Positions 35,212-44,107 of a stretch of DNA of 64,000 nt are shown here, piece after piece. The notes beneath the pieces were generated by a model. The model did not search any database and was not told where the DNA came from. It saw only the letters and a program-made list of their open reading frames with translations. Source of the DNA: an uncultured Oscillospiraceae bacterium (GTDB taxonomy: Bacteria > Bacillota > Clostridia > Oscillospirales > Oscillospiraceae); assembly GCA_949878425.1 (NCBI GenBank), contig CATLAL010000006.1:1075-65074 (forward strand), in the 5' to 3' direction. Within the stretch, counting starts at the first letter, position 1; every line of letters starts with the position of its first letter. Both the position numbers and the translations under genes were made by a program.

Positions 35212-35703
35212 ATGTTTGGGAAAATAACGGACAAGATCTTCAAGGGCGTCACCTTCCTGTGCTGTGCGGCGCTGTGCTTCCAGGTGGTCCTGGTCACTGT
35301 CACCGTGTTCTGCCGCAAGGTGTTCAACTACACGCCCATCTGGGGCGAGAGCCTGACGCTGCTGCTGCTGGTGTGGGTCAGCATGATCGGAGCCTCCCTG
35401 CCCATCCGCCTGGACACCCACATCCGCGTGACGCTGATTGACTATCTCATCAAGAAAAAGGGCGTGCGCTGTCTGGACATCGTTGTGGATATTTTTTCCA
35501 TTGTCTACTGTGTTGTCATCTTCAAGGCCGGCTTGGAGATGACGCAGCAGGTCTCCCGCACCATCCTCACCGGCGTACGGATCAGCAAGGCGTACCTCTT
35601 CGCCTCCGTCCCCGCGGCCATGGTGCTGATGCTGCTGGCCTTTGCGGAGAAGTACTATCTGCGCTTCAAACGATTCAAGGAAAAGGAGGGGACCGACCTA
35701 TGA
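35212..35703 (+). CDS. dctQ: TRAP transporter small permease
   Basis: 163 aa, 4 hydrophobic segments. 4 nt overlap with dctM. Confidence 0.85.
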   Translation: MFGKITDKIFKGVTFLCCAALCFQVVLVTVTVFCRKVFNYTPIWGESLTLLLLVWVSMIGASLPIRLDTHIRVTLIDYLIKKKGVRCLDIVVDIFSIVYCVVIFKAGLEMTQQVSRTILTGVRISKAYLFASVPAAMVLMLLAFAEKYYLRFKRFKEKEGTDL

Positions 35704-37010
35704 CGCAGACCGCTGTCGCCACACTGATTCTTCTGGGCCTCTTCATCGGGCTGCTGCTTCTGCGCTTCCCGATTCTCTACGCCATCGGGCTGTCCACCCT
35801 GGCCACGTTCTGCTATCTGGACATCTCCCTGGGTATGGTAATCAGCAACATGGTCAAGGGCGTCAACTCCTTCTCCCTCATGAGCATCCCCTTCTTCGTG
35901 CTGGCCGGGGAGATCATGAGCGCCGGGGGCATCTCGGACCGGCTGATGCTGCTGGCCAACGCCCTGGTGGGACAGTTCCGGGGCGGCCTGGCCCACGTCA
36001 ACGTGCTGGCCAGCATGTTCTTTGGCGGCGTGTCCGGGTCCCCCATCGCGGACATCTCCTCCCTGGGCACCATTGAGATCCCCCTGATGGTCAAGGCCGG
36101 CTACGACCCGGAGTTCACCGCCGGCGTCACCATGGCAAGCTCCATCCAGGGCCTGCTGATCCCGCCCAGCCACAACCTCATCATCTTCGCCACGGCGGCG
36201 GGGTCCATCTCCATCGCGGGCCTCTTCATGGCCGGGGTGGTGCCCGGCGCGCTGCTGGGCATCTGCCTGATGATCTACTGCTACATCATGTCCGTCAAGC
36301 GCAACTACCCCAAGGGGGAGAGCTTCTCCTTCAAGAGGCTGCTCTCCGCCATTTACCAGTCCTTCTTCTCCATGATGACCATCGTCATCATCCTGGTGGG
36401 CATCCTCACCGGCATCTGCACCGCCACCGAGGCAGCGGCCCTGGCCTGCGTGTGGGCCTTCTTTGTCACCTTCTTCGTCTACAAGCAGATCCCCCTCAAG
36501 GCCTTCGCCGGCATCGTCAGGCGCTCCCTGGCCACCCTCTCCACCATCATGATCCTCATGGGCATCTCCTCCGGCTTTGGCTGGGTCCTGGCCTATTTAA
36601 AGGTGCCGGAGCTGATTCTGCGGGCGGTGATGAGCCTGACCACCAACCGGGTGCTGATCCTGCTGCTGATGAACGTATTCCTGCTGTTTTTGGGCATGGT
36701 GATGGACATGGCCACCTCCATCATCATCACCACCCCCATCCTGCTCCCCATCGCCACGGCCATCGGCATGGACCCGCTGAACTTCGGCGTCATGCTGATC
36801 TTCAACCTGGGCATCGGCCTCATTACCCCGCCGGTGGGCTCTGTGCTCTTCGTCACCGGCGGCATCGCGAAAACCAAGATGGAGGACCTGGTCAAGGCCA
36901 TGCTGCCCTTCTATATCGTCCTGCTGGCGGCGCTGATGCTGGTAACCTTTGTCCCCCAGTTCTCCCTGACCCTGCCCAAAATGATGTTCCCCCAGCTGTG
37001 GGGCGCCTAA
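35700..37010 (+). CDS. dctM: TRAP transporter large permease
   Basis: 436 aa polytopic protein. SLMSIPFFVLAGEIMSAGGISDRL is typical of DctM. Confidence 0.9.
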   Translation: MTQTAVATLILLGLFIGLLLLRFPILYAIGLSTLATFCYLDISLGMVISNMVKGVNSFSLMSIPFFVLAGEIMSAGGISDRLMLLANALVGQFRGGLAHVNVLASMFFGGVSGSPIADISSLGTIEIPLMVKAGYDPEFTAGVTMASSIQGLLIPPSHNLIIFATAAGSISIAGLFMAGVVPGALLGICLMIYCYIMSVKRNYPKGESFSFKRLLSAIYQSFFSMMTIVIILVGILTGICTATEAAALACVWAFFVTFFVYKQIPLKAFAGIVRRSLATLSTIMILMGISSGFGWVLAYLKVPELILRAVMSLTTNRVLILLLMNVFLLFLGMVMDMATSIIITTPILLPIATAIGMDPLNFGVMLIFNLGIGLITPPVGSVLFVTGGIAKTKMEDLVKAMLPFYIVLLAALMLVTFVPQFSLTLPKMMFPQLWGA

Positions 37011-37900
37011 AGTAGATTTGTCTTTCCCCGCGCCCGGTAGGTGGCCCGGTAGCTGGTAGGGGCCATGCCCATATAGGTCTTGAAGGTCTTGCTGAAGTGG
37101 AACTGGTCATAGAACCCCAGCAGGTCGCTGATCTCCGAGAGCTCCTTGTCCGTGGAGACCAGGTAGTTGGTGGCGGCGCGGATCTTGGCGTCCTGGATAT
37201 AGCTGAACACCGTCTCCCCCGTAATCTGCTTGAACACCTTGCACAGGTAGCTGGGGCTGACGCTGGCCAGGCCGCTGAGCTCCCCCAGGGTCAGCGGCGC
37301 GGCGAGATGGGTGTCAATATAGCCCTGGATCTGCCGGACAATGGCGGCCTTGCGGTCCGAGTCCCACATCCGCTCCGCGAAGGCCAGCTTCTGGATCAGC
37401 ATGGTCAAAAAGGCGGCCAGATACACGGTCACTGCGCTGGCGGCGTCTGGGCCGTTCATCTCGCTGATGGCCTCCCGGAGCAGATAGCCGCCGGGGGCCA
37501 GGATGTCCATGCCCCACCGCTTCTGCCGCTCCCCGCCGTTGTAGTGGGACACGCCGGGGCGGATGGTGTCGTTGGTGGCCGCCACCCACAGCATGGAGAC
37601 GGGGCCGCCCTCCGGCACGCCCAGACGGTGCTTCACATCCCGGTCAATGAGAAGGATCTGGTTCTCCTCCAGCCGGTAGGCGTTCTTTCCGCAGGAAATG
37701 ACGCTGGACCCGCTCAGCTGCACCGCCAGCTCATAGTACTTATGGGACTCATACGGGAAAAAGAAGTGCCCTCCGCTCTGCTGTACCAGCTCCCGCCCCA
37801 TTGGGCGGTACGGGATGGGATTTTTCAGAATATCCGGCAGGGTGTCCTCGCTGATCTCCCTGCGGATGGCGCCAAGCTTTTGAATCAACCGCTGAAGCAT
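37007..37900 (-). CDS. AraC-family transcriptional regulator
   Basis: 297 aa. C-terminal double HTH (LTLGELSGLASVSPSYLCKVFKQITGETVFSYIQDAKIRAATNYL...ISDLLGFYDQFHFSKTFK). Confidence 0.85.
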   Translation of the reverse strand: MLQRLIQKLGAIRREISEDTLPDILKNPIPYRPMGRELVQQSGGHFFFPYESHKYYELAVQLSGSSVISCGKNAYRLEENQILLIDRDVKHRLGVPEGGPVSMLWVAATNDTIRPGVSHYNGGERQKRWGMDILAPGGYLLREAISEMNGPDAASAVTVYLAAFLTMLIQKLAFAERMWDSDRKAAIVRQIQGYIDTHLAAPLTLGELSGLASVSPSYLCKVFKQITGETVFSYIQDAKIRAATNYLVSTDKELSEISDLLGFYDQFHFSKTFKTYMGMAPTSYRATYRARGKTNLL

Positions 37901-37993
37901 GCCTGCCGGCTCCTTTCCCGCCGCCGCGTTTCTCAGATTTTTTAACTATATTATACTCGCTCTGTCAAGAGGGCCACAACAAGGAGGAATATC

Positions 37994-39025
37994 ATGTTAG
38001 GTGTAGGCATCATTGGGTGCGGCGCCATTGCCAGGCTCCATATCCAGTCCTTTCTCGAGCTCCCCCAGACCCGCGTCGCGGCGGTGGCGGACGCCCATGA
38101 GCCCGCGGCGAAGAAAGCCGGCCAGGAGCTGGGCGTGCCCTGCTATACCAACTTCCGGGAAATGCTGGCCCGGGAGGACGTGCAGGCCGTATCCATCTGC
38201 ACCCCCAGCGGGCTCCACAGCGAGGCGGCGGTGGCCGCCGCCCGGGCGGGCAAGCACGTCATCGTGGAAAAGCCCCTGGACGTCACCCTGGAGAAGATCG
38301 ACGCCGTCATCGCCGCCTGCCGGGAGGCGGGCGTCAAGCTCAACTGCATCTTCAACAACCGCTACCGGGAGTCCAACCTCTTTCTCAAGCGGGCGGTGGA
38401 CCAGGGCCGCTTCGGCCGGCTGCTCAACGCCAACGCCGTCATCCGCTGGTACCGCCAGCCGGAGTACTACACCCAGTCCAGCTGGCACGGCACCTGGTCC
38501 ATGGACGGCGGCGGCGCGCTTATGAACCAGAGCATCCACTACATAGACCTGCTGCTCTGGCTGGCCGGGGACGTCTCGGACGTCAGCGCCTACCGGGGCA
38601 CCCTCCTCCACAAAACCATGGAGACGGAGGACACGGCCGTGGCCGCCCTGCGCTTCCAAAACGGCGCCCTGGGCACGGTTCTCGCGGCCACGTCCATCTA
38701 TCCCGGCTATCCGGCCATTATCCAGCTGGCCGGGGAGCGGGGCTCCGCCTCGGTCACCGACGGCATCATTCTGGACTGGAACTTCCTGGACAGCGACCCC
38801 ATGGATGAGGAGGCAAAACAATTTATCACCAACGCCGCCGTGGACAACAACCGGGCCGCCGTCCCCATGGCCTTTGACCACACCTACCACAAAAAGCAGA
38901 TCGCCCGGGCGGTGGACTCCATCCTGGAGGACGTCCAGCCGGACATCGGCGGCGAGGAGGCCAGGCGGTCCGTGGAGCTCATCCTTCGCATCTACGAGTC
39001 CGCGGCGAAAAACGAGCGGCAATGA
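37994..39025 (+). CDS. Gfo/Idh/MocA-family NAD(P)-dependent oxidoreductase
   Basis: GVGIIGCGAIA Rossmann motif and the HVIVEKPL signature. 343 aa. Confidence 0.85.
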   Translation: MLGVGIIGCGAIARLHIQSFLELPQTRVAAVADAHEPAAKKAGQELGVPCYTNFREMLAREDVQAVSICTPSGLHSEAAVAAARAGKHVIVEKPLDVTLEKIDAVIAACREAGVKLNCIFNNRYRESNLFLKRAVDQGRFGRLLNANAVIRWYRQPEYYTQSSWHGTWSMDGGGALMNQSIHYIDLLLWLAGDVSDVSAYRGTLLHKTMETEDTAVAALRFQNGALGTVLAATSIYPGYPAIIQLAGERGSASVTDGIILDWNFLDSDPMDEEAKQFITNAAVDNNRAAVPMAFDHTYHKKQIARAVDSILEDVQPDIGGEEARRSVELILRIYESAAKNERQ

Positions 39026-39057
39026 AATCCCATTCTATTTTTTAGGAGGTTTCCCCC

Positions 39058-40317
39058 ATGGAAAAATTAGCGCTTCACGGCGGCACGCCGGTACGGACCG
39101 CCCCCTTCCCCCCTCAGATGCCGGGCGCGTCCCTGCTGGGCAGCGAGGAGCTCAAGGAGATCACGGACGTCATCTTTGCGAAGAGTCCCTTCCGCTTCTA
39201 CGGCATCGGCCAGCCCGGCAAGGCCGCGGCCTTTGAGGCCGAGGTTCGCCGGCGTCTGGGCGTCCGGTTCGCCCTGGGCGTCTCCAGCGGCTCGGCGGCG
39301 CTGCTGTGCGCCGTGGCGGCTCTGGGCCTGGGCCCGGGGGACGAGGTGATTATCCCCAGCTTCTCCTGGTACTCCGACTACTGCGCCCTGCTCCCCTTCG
39401 GCGTAACGCCGGTATTCGCCGACATCGGCGACGACCTGAACCTGGACCCGGCGGATGTGGAGCGAAAAATCACGCCCCGGACCAAGGCAGTGATCATCGT
39501 CTCCTACCAGGGCTGCCCGGCCAAGATGGACGCCCTGCTGGAGGTGGCGGCCCACCACCATCTGCTGGTGATCGAGGACTGCGCTCAGGCCTTCGGCGGG
39601 TCCTACCGGGGCCGCAGGCTGGGCACCATGGGCGATGTGGCCATCGCCAGCTTCCAGACCCACAAGACCCTCACCTCCGGGGAGGGCGGGCTGTTTTTCA
39701 CCAACAACGAGGACTACTTTGTCCGCGCCGTCCGCTATCACGACCTGGGCGCTGTGCGGCCCTTCTTCCTGGACCAGCTCAGCGACCCGGAGAAGGCGGC
39801 CCCAAGCGGGCGCTTCCCCGGCCTCCAGCTGCGCATGAGCGAGCTCCAGGCGGCCTGCCTCCTGGGGCAGATCCGAAAGCTGGACGCCATTCTGGACACC
39901 TGCCGCGCCCACCACGCCAAGCTGCGCCGGCACATGGAGCGCTATCCGGAGATCAAAGTCCGCTACGAGGACGGCGACTGCGGCATCGCCTTTATCCTGC
40001 TCATGCCCACGGAGCGGGACGCGGAGCGCTTCGCCAGGGCCATGCAGGCGGAGGGCATCCCCTGCGGCCCCACCTCCGCCTGCTGCAACCTGATGCGGGA
40101 GGACTTCATCCAGGACCGGCGGATGGTCCACCCCCTGCTGCCCCCCTTCGGCCCCGGCTGTCCGGGAGAGAGCGCCGTCTACGCCCCGGACGGGGACTGC
40201 ACCCACACCGACTCCATCCTGTCCCGGTTTGTGGCCATCGGCATCGGACCTCTGTTCACGGATGGGGATATTGACGATATCATCCGGGCAATCGACAAGG
40301 TTTTGGCGGCAGAATAG
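39058..40317 (+). CDS. DegT/DnrJ/EryC1/StrS-family PLP-dependent aminotransferase
   Basis: 419 aa. SSGSAALLCAV, IEDCAQAFGG, and the catalytic-lysine context ASFQTHKTLTSGEGG. Confidence 0.85.
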   Translation: MEKLALHGGTPVRTAPFPPQMPGASLLGSEELKEITDVIFAKSPFRFYGIGQPGKAAAFEAEVRRRLGVRFALGVSSGSAALLCAVAALGLGPGDEVIIPSFSWYSDYCALLPFGVTPVFADIGDDLNLDPADVERKITPRTKAVIIVSYQGCPAKMDALLEVAAHHHLLVIEDCAQAFGGSYRGRRLGTMGDVAIASFQTHKTLTSGEGGLFFTNNEDYFVRAVRYHDLGAVRPFFLDQLSDPEKAAPSGRFPGLQLRMSELQAACLLGQIRKLDAILDTCRAHHAKLRRHMERYPEIKVRYEDGDCGIAFILLMPTERDAERFARAMQAEGIPCGPTSACCNLMREDFIQDRRMVHPLLPPFGPGCPGESAVYAPDGDCTHTDSILSRFVAIGIGPLFTDGDIDDIIRAIDKVLAAE

Positions 40318-40333
40318 ATCCCATACGGTTCTA

Positions 40334-40658
40334 ATACAGTAAACGCAGTTGAAAACGAGTACATGTTGGGCTCCGTCCCGTGGGCCGCGCTCTGCCCGGC
40401 TTAGGCTGGAGCGGCCTCTGGCCGCCTAACGCCAACCCCGCTGGAGCAGCCGTTGGGCCGCAGGCCCAATGACGCGAGCAAGACCCCGCCGCCCTTGTGA
40501 TTGTGCAATGGCCGCATCCGTGGGCCGTCCTGCGGACGGCTTAGCGCTCAAAGCGCCGGCGGCGCTTAACGGAGCGGCCATGGAAAATCACTGTGGCCGT
40601 TGCAAAATCATAAGGGCGGCCCGAAACTTTACCGCTTTTCAACTGCGGTCACTATAGT
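40334..40658 (+). repeat. Full-length CAGTTGA-family element (about 325 bp) with terminal inverted repeats
   Basis: 5' end ATACAGTAAACGCAGTTGAAAACGAG and 3' end CGCTTTTCAACTGCGGTCACTATAGT are inverted complements. The interior is a chain of GC hairpins (GCGGCCtctGGCCGC, TTGGGCCgcaGGCCCAA, CCGTCCtgcGGACGG). The first about 200 bp recur at 50590-50801. Confidence 0.8.
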
Positions 40659-40668
40659 GAAACGATAT

Positions 40669-40708
40669 AAGGATCCGGCGGGAAGCGACTGCTTCCCGCC
40701 GGATCCTT
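40669..40708 (-). terminator. Hairpin immediately after the xerD stop
   Basis: AAGGATCCGGCGGGAAGC-gact-GCTTCCCGCCGGATCCTT (18 bp stem). Confidence 0.6.
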
Positions 40709-41592
40709 CATGCTCTTGGATGGGCCTTTTGATATACCTCCTGGAGACTCCGCTTGATCATATGGGAGTAGATCTGGGTGGAGGAGATATCCGCGTGGCC
40801 CAGCATCTCCTGAATGGAGCGCAGATCCGCGCCGTTTTCCAGCAGATGGGCGGCAAAGGAGTGGCGCAGGGTATGAGGCGTGATCGCCTTGCTGATCTGG
40901 GCCTTTCCTTGGTAGTACTTGACAATCTTCCAAAATCCCTGACGGCTCATGCGCTCGCCGCTCAAATTGACAAACAGGGCCTTCTCCCTCGGCGACAGCA
41001 CCAGCTGGGGCCGGATATCCCGCATATAGCTGCCCAGCGCCTTCACCGCGGTGGCATAGAGGGGGATAATCCGCTCCTTCCCCCGGCTGACGCAGCGGAT
41101 AAAGCCGGCTGGCAGGTTTACATGCTCCACGTCCAGTCCGATCAGCTCGCTGACCCGAATTCCAGTGGCGTACAGCAGCTCCAGCATGGCGTGGTCCCGG
41201 TAGCCCTTGGCGTCCACGCACTGGGGCTGCTCCAGAAGCAGCTCCACCTCCTTGCCGGTGAGGATCTGGGGCAGCTTGCGCTCTGTCCGGACGGCCGACG
41301 CCCCCCGGGCCGGATTGCCCTGGATCGCGTCCCGGCTCTGGAGATACCTGTAAAAGGACTTCAGAGCGGCTATACCCCGGGCCATGCTGGCGGGGGACTT
41401 GCCTTTGCCGGCCATATGGCTGAGATAGCGCTCAATCTGCTCCTCCTTACAGTGGAGCAGATCAGAGTCCTCCTCCTCCGCAAGATAGCCGGCAAACTGC
41501 GTCACATCCCGGACATAAGACGAGATGGTGTTGTCCGAGGAGTGTCGCTCCAGCTCCAAATAGTTCGCGTAATCGGCAATATAGTCCGCCAT
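40708..41592 (-). CDS. xerD: Site-specific tyrosine recombinase XerD/XerC type
   Basis: 294 aa. N-terminal SAM-like domain (YLELERHSSDNTISSYVRDV). Catalytic region with TGIRVSEL, HTLRHSFAAHLLENGADLRSIQEMLGHADISSTQIYSH. Confidence 0.9.
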   Translation of the reverse strand: MADYIADYANYLELERHSSDNTISSYVRDVTQFAGYLAEEEDSDLLHCKEEQIERYLSHMAGKGKSPASMARGIAALKSFYRYLQSRDAIQGNPARGASAVRTERKLPQILTGKEVELLLEQPQCVDAKGYRDHAMLELLYATGIRVSELIGLDVEHVNLPAGFIRCVSRGKERIIPLYATAVKALGSYMRDIRPQLVLSPREKALFVNLSGERMSRQGFWKIVKYYQGKAQISKAITPHTLRHSFAAHLLENGADLRSIQEMLGHADISSTQIYSHMIKRSLQEVYQKAHPRA

Positions 41593-41620
41593 CGGGCCCT
41601 CCCCCCTTTCCCAAAATCAG

Positions 41621-42265
41621 TCATTGCAGCACCATCCCCATGGCCAGACGCAGGAGCCGCGGTGTAAAAAGCAGCTCGCAGCACACACCAACCGCCAGGA
41701 TCACAGCACACAACAAAAATATAAAAAAGTAGCGCTTGCCATAGAGCACGGGCGCGGAACGCCTGCCCTTCCCAAAGGAGAGCAGCAGCAGATCAATGGA
41801 CAGCGGCCACGCCTCCCCCGCCAGGGCAAGGAAGCAGGGCAGCGTAAAGAGCAGCCGCACCAGCAGCGCCCCCATGGCAAGGACCGCGCCCTGACGGCCA
41901 AAGCACCGGACAAAGCAGGAGACCGTATACATGGAAAAAAAACCAAAGACCCCCGTAAGGGCCGGAATCAGCGCCGCTCCCGCGGAGGAAAACCCCAGCA
42001 GAAACGCCAGCAGCACATAGCCAAAATAGATTGCCGCGCAGCTGAAGGCGGACACCGCCACGCCGCCAGCATCGTATACAGCGCAGTAGTCTACAAGATA
42101 CCGCTCCAGCGCCTCCTGGGCCTCCACGCCGCAGGCGCCGGCATACAAATGCCCCACCAGGGCGCCGGCCAGGAAAAACAGCGCCAGCAGGATCCCCCGC
42201 AGCAGGGACGGGTCCCAGGCGCCCAGCCTGATTGTACGCAGGACAGTCCGTCCTCGCATTTCCAT
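41621..42265 (-). CDS. spoIIM: Stage II sporulation protein M-like membrane protein
   Basis: Start MEMRGRTVLRT behind RBS ggagaggtg. About 214 aa with 5-6 hydrophobic segments. The position next to xerD fits the Firmicute spoIIM context. Promoter-like TTGCGA-17-TATAGT at about 42325-42355. Confidence 0.65.
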   Translation of the reverse strand: MEMRGRTVLRTIRLGAWDPSLLRGILLALFFLAGALVGHLYAGACGVEAQEALERYLVDYCAVYDAGGVAVSAFSCAAIYFGYVLLAFLLGFSSAGAALIPALTGVFGFFSMYTVSCFVRCFGRQGAVLAMGALLVRLLFTLPCFLALAGEAWPLSIDLLLLSFGKGRRSAPVLYGKRYFFIFLLCAVILAVGVCCELLFTPRLLRLAMGMVLQ

Positions 42266-42654
42266 CACCTCTCCACAGCATATGCGCCGTGGACAAGGTT
42301 TAGAAGCAGCGGACCACGCCGGAGGGATCTTCCTTACTATAGTGCAAATTAGCCGGTTTCGCAAGGGATAAAAGGCACTTTTGATAGATTTTGTCATTTA
42401 TCACAAACCGCCATCTCCCCATCCGCCGCGGACACACGGCCCGAGAGAGAAGCGGCGGGCCTCCCAAGGAGACCCGCCTGAATATCTGGTGGAGACGCCC
42501 CGCCCAGGCCACCACATGTTGGACCGCCTGGCAGGCAAAGCGCTCCGCCCCGCGGTTGAGCGGGGAATACGCTTTTTTTAAAATTTGGGCGGGGTTTGGT
42601 CATTTTGCTCTCATGCCCCCGGCTCCTGTCGAGGAGCCGGGGGGCGGCCTCCCC

Positions 42655-43098
42655 TCAGCCGCGCTGGCTGTATCGCCGGCGGCGGGGCTTGGAGCGGGAC
42701 CTTCCGCCTCTGGGGAGGTTATGCCCCACCAGCGCGGCCAGAAGCCCGCCGGCCGCCATGGACAGCCCCAGGCCCGTCACGCCGTTGTCAATGGAGATCG
42801 TCTCCGCAGTGAGAAGCGCCGCGGCCAGCGTCAGCGTCATAAAGACCGCCACCACCACCGGCACGGTCAGCATGGACGTCCCCTTCCCCTTCAGCACGCT
42901 GTAGCCGCAGCCCAGAAAGGACGCCAGAAACGCCGCCACACACACCATGGGGTAGAGCCGCTCCATCCCAAGCACCCCTTTGTCAATGAGCAGCGCGCAC
43001 ACCAGCTGCAGCGCCGTATAGCTCACCAGGGCCAGCACGCCTCCAATCACGCTGTCCTTCAGCATTCCCTTAGGCAGTGACATGACTACTTTTGACAT
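42655..43098 (-). CDS. Small integral membrane protein (TIGR04086/YrzE-like)
   Basis: Start MSKVVMSLPKGMLKD behind RBS gggagg. 4 hydrophobic segments and a basic C-terminal tail. Hairpin CCCCCGGCTCCtcgacaGGAGCCGGGGG follows the stop. Confidence 0.55.
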   Translation of the reverse strand: MSKVVMSLPKGMLKDSVIGGVLALVSYTALQLVCALLIDKGVLGMERLYPMVCVAAFLASFLGCGYSVLKGKGTSMLTVPVVVAVFMTLTLAAALLTAETISIDNGVTGLGLSMAAGGLLAALVGHNLPRGGRSRSKPRRRRYSQRG

Positions 43099-43178
43099 AA
43101 TAACAGAACCTCCCGGCAATTCTACTGGTAAAACCAGTATATTTGCCGGAAGGTCCGGTTATTCTGCTGTCTGACAGG

Positions 43179-43541
43179 TTATTTGTTGTCCGCGCCGTCC
43201 TCAATCCGGGGCGCTTCCTCCTCGCTCTTGGCGCTCTTCTTGTCCTTGGCCTCCTCGCCCTGCTGGGTGTTGTTGGTGGATACGGCCCACTTGGTCAGCT
43301 CCATGCGGACCCTGTCCTCGCTGGTCTCAATGACAATGGTATCCTCCGCCACATGGACGATCCTGCCCACAATGCCGCCAATGGTGGTGATCCGGTCGCC
43401 CTTCTTCAGGCTGTTGCGCATGGCCTCCGCCTGCTTCTTCCGCTTGTTCTCCGGACGCATAATCAGGAAATACATCACCACAAGCATCAGAATCAGTGGG
43501 ATAAACAGTGAGCCCATGCCCACCGCAGTATCTTCCGGCAT
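43179..43541 (-). CDS. yajC: Preprotein translocase subunit YajC
   Basis: LILMLVVMYFLIMRPENKRKKQAEAMRNSLKKGDRITTIGGIVGRIV is the canonical YajC core. Promoter TTGCCA-17-TATAAT upstream. Confidence 0.9.
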   Translation of the reverse strand: MPEDTAVGMGSLFIPLILMLVVMYFLIMRPENKRKKQAEAMRNSLKKGDRITTIGGIVGRIVHVAEDTIVIETSEDRVRMELTKWAVSTNNTQQGEEAKDKKSAKSEEEAPRIEDGADNK

Positions 43542-43786
43542 AGTACGTGCTCCTCCTTTGCTGCTTCAAATTTCCCCTCTGGAATAAAAGGCGCTTTTGT
43601 CATTATACAGAAGTTGGACAGGTTTGGCAAGTCCTATTTTTATAAATCAGCCCTCAGGTCCCTCTGAACCCGCGGGATCCCCCGTACAGCGGCGGTCCCG
43701 CCCCTTCCCTCCCCATAGCGGGCGAAAGAAGCATAGGCAAAGCCGGAGGGGCGGCCCCTCCGGCGTATCGCCGACGCGCTGGGAAA

Positions 43787-44107
43787 TCACAGGATCAGCA
43801 GCAGGCCCAGAGCGATCAGCAGCTCCTCGTCCTCGCCGTCCTGAAAGAGCAGGAGGAGGATCAGCAGGAGCAGCAGATCCCCGGTGTCTATGCCGTCCAG
43901 CCGGAGGCGGCGCAGGATTCCGGAGAGGAATCCCCTCTTCTCTCCCTTTGAGGACTGGGGCCCCGATCCCCCATGGGGCGGCGGGCCGCCCGGAGGGGGC
44001 CCCTGCTCCGGCGGCGGGGGCGGCGGCGGGGGACCGCCCCCGGGCTCCTCCTGCATAGGGATACGCCGGTAGCGGCCGTTGTCGTTGGGTATGTATCGGT
44101 TATACAT
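43787..44107 (-). CDS. Hypothetical protein with poly-proline core and acidic/leucine-rich hydrophobic tail
   Basis: MYNRYIPNDNGRYRRIP...GGGPPPPPPPPEQGPPPGGPPP...DTGDLLLLLILLLLFQDGEDEELLIALGLLLIL. 8 nt overlap (ATGTATAA) with the upstream gene. Hairpin GCCGGAGGGGccgCCCCTCCGGC follows the stop. Confidence 0.6.
   Translation of the reverse strand: MYNRYIPNDNGRYRRIPMQEEPGGGPPPPPPPPEQGPPPGGPPPHGGSGPQSSKGEKRGFLSGILRRLRLDGIDTGDLLLLLILLLLFQDGEDEELLIALGLLLIL

Noticed and set aside
40469-40657. ORFs MTRARPRRPCDCAMAASVGRP... at 40469..40657 and the near-identical start at 50724..51077.
   Set aside because: They recur only because they lie inside the two copies of the repeat element. They have no RBS, they diverge as soon as the repeat ends, and the composition is not protein-like.
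40659-40720. Searched around xerD and ftsK for a dif-like XerCD site.
   Set aside because: No sequence resembling the Firmicute dif core (two 11 bp arms around a 6 bp AT-rich spacer) was found by eye. The palindrome here is the xerD terminator hairpin.
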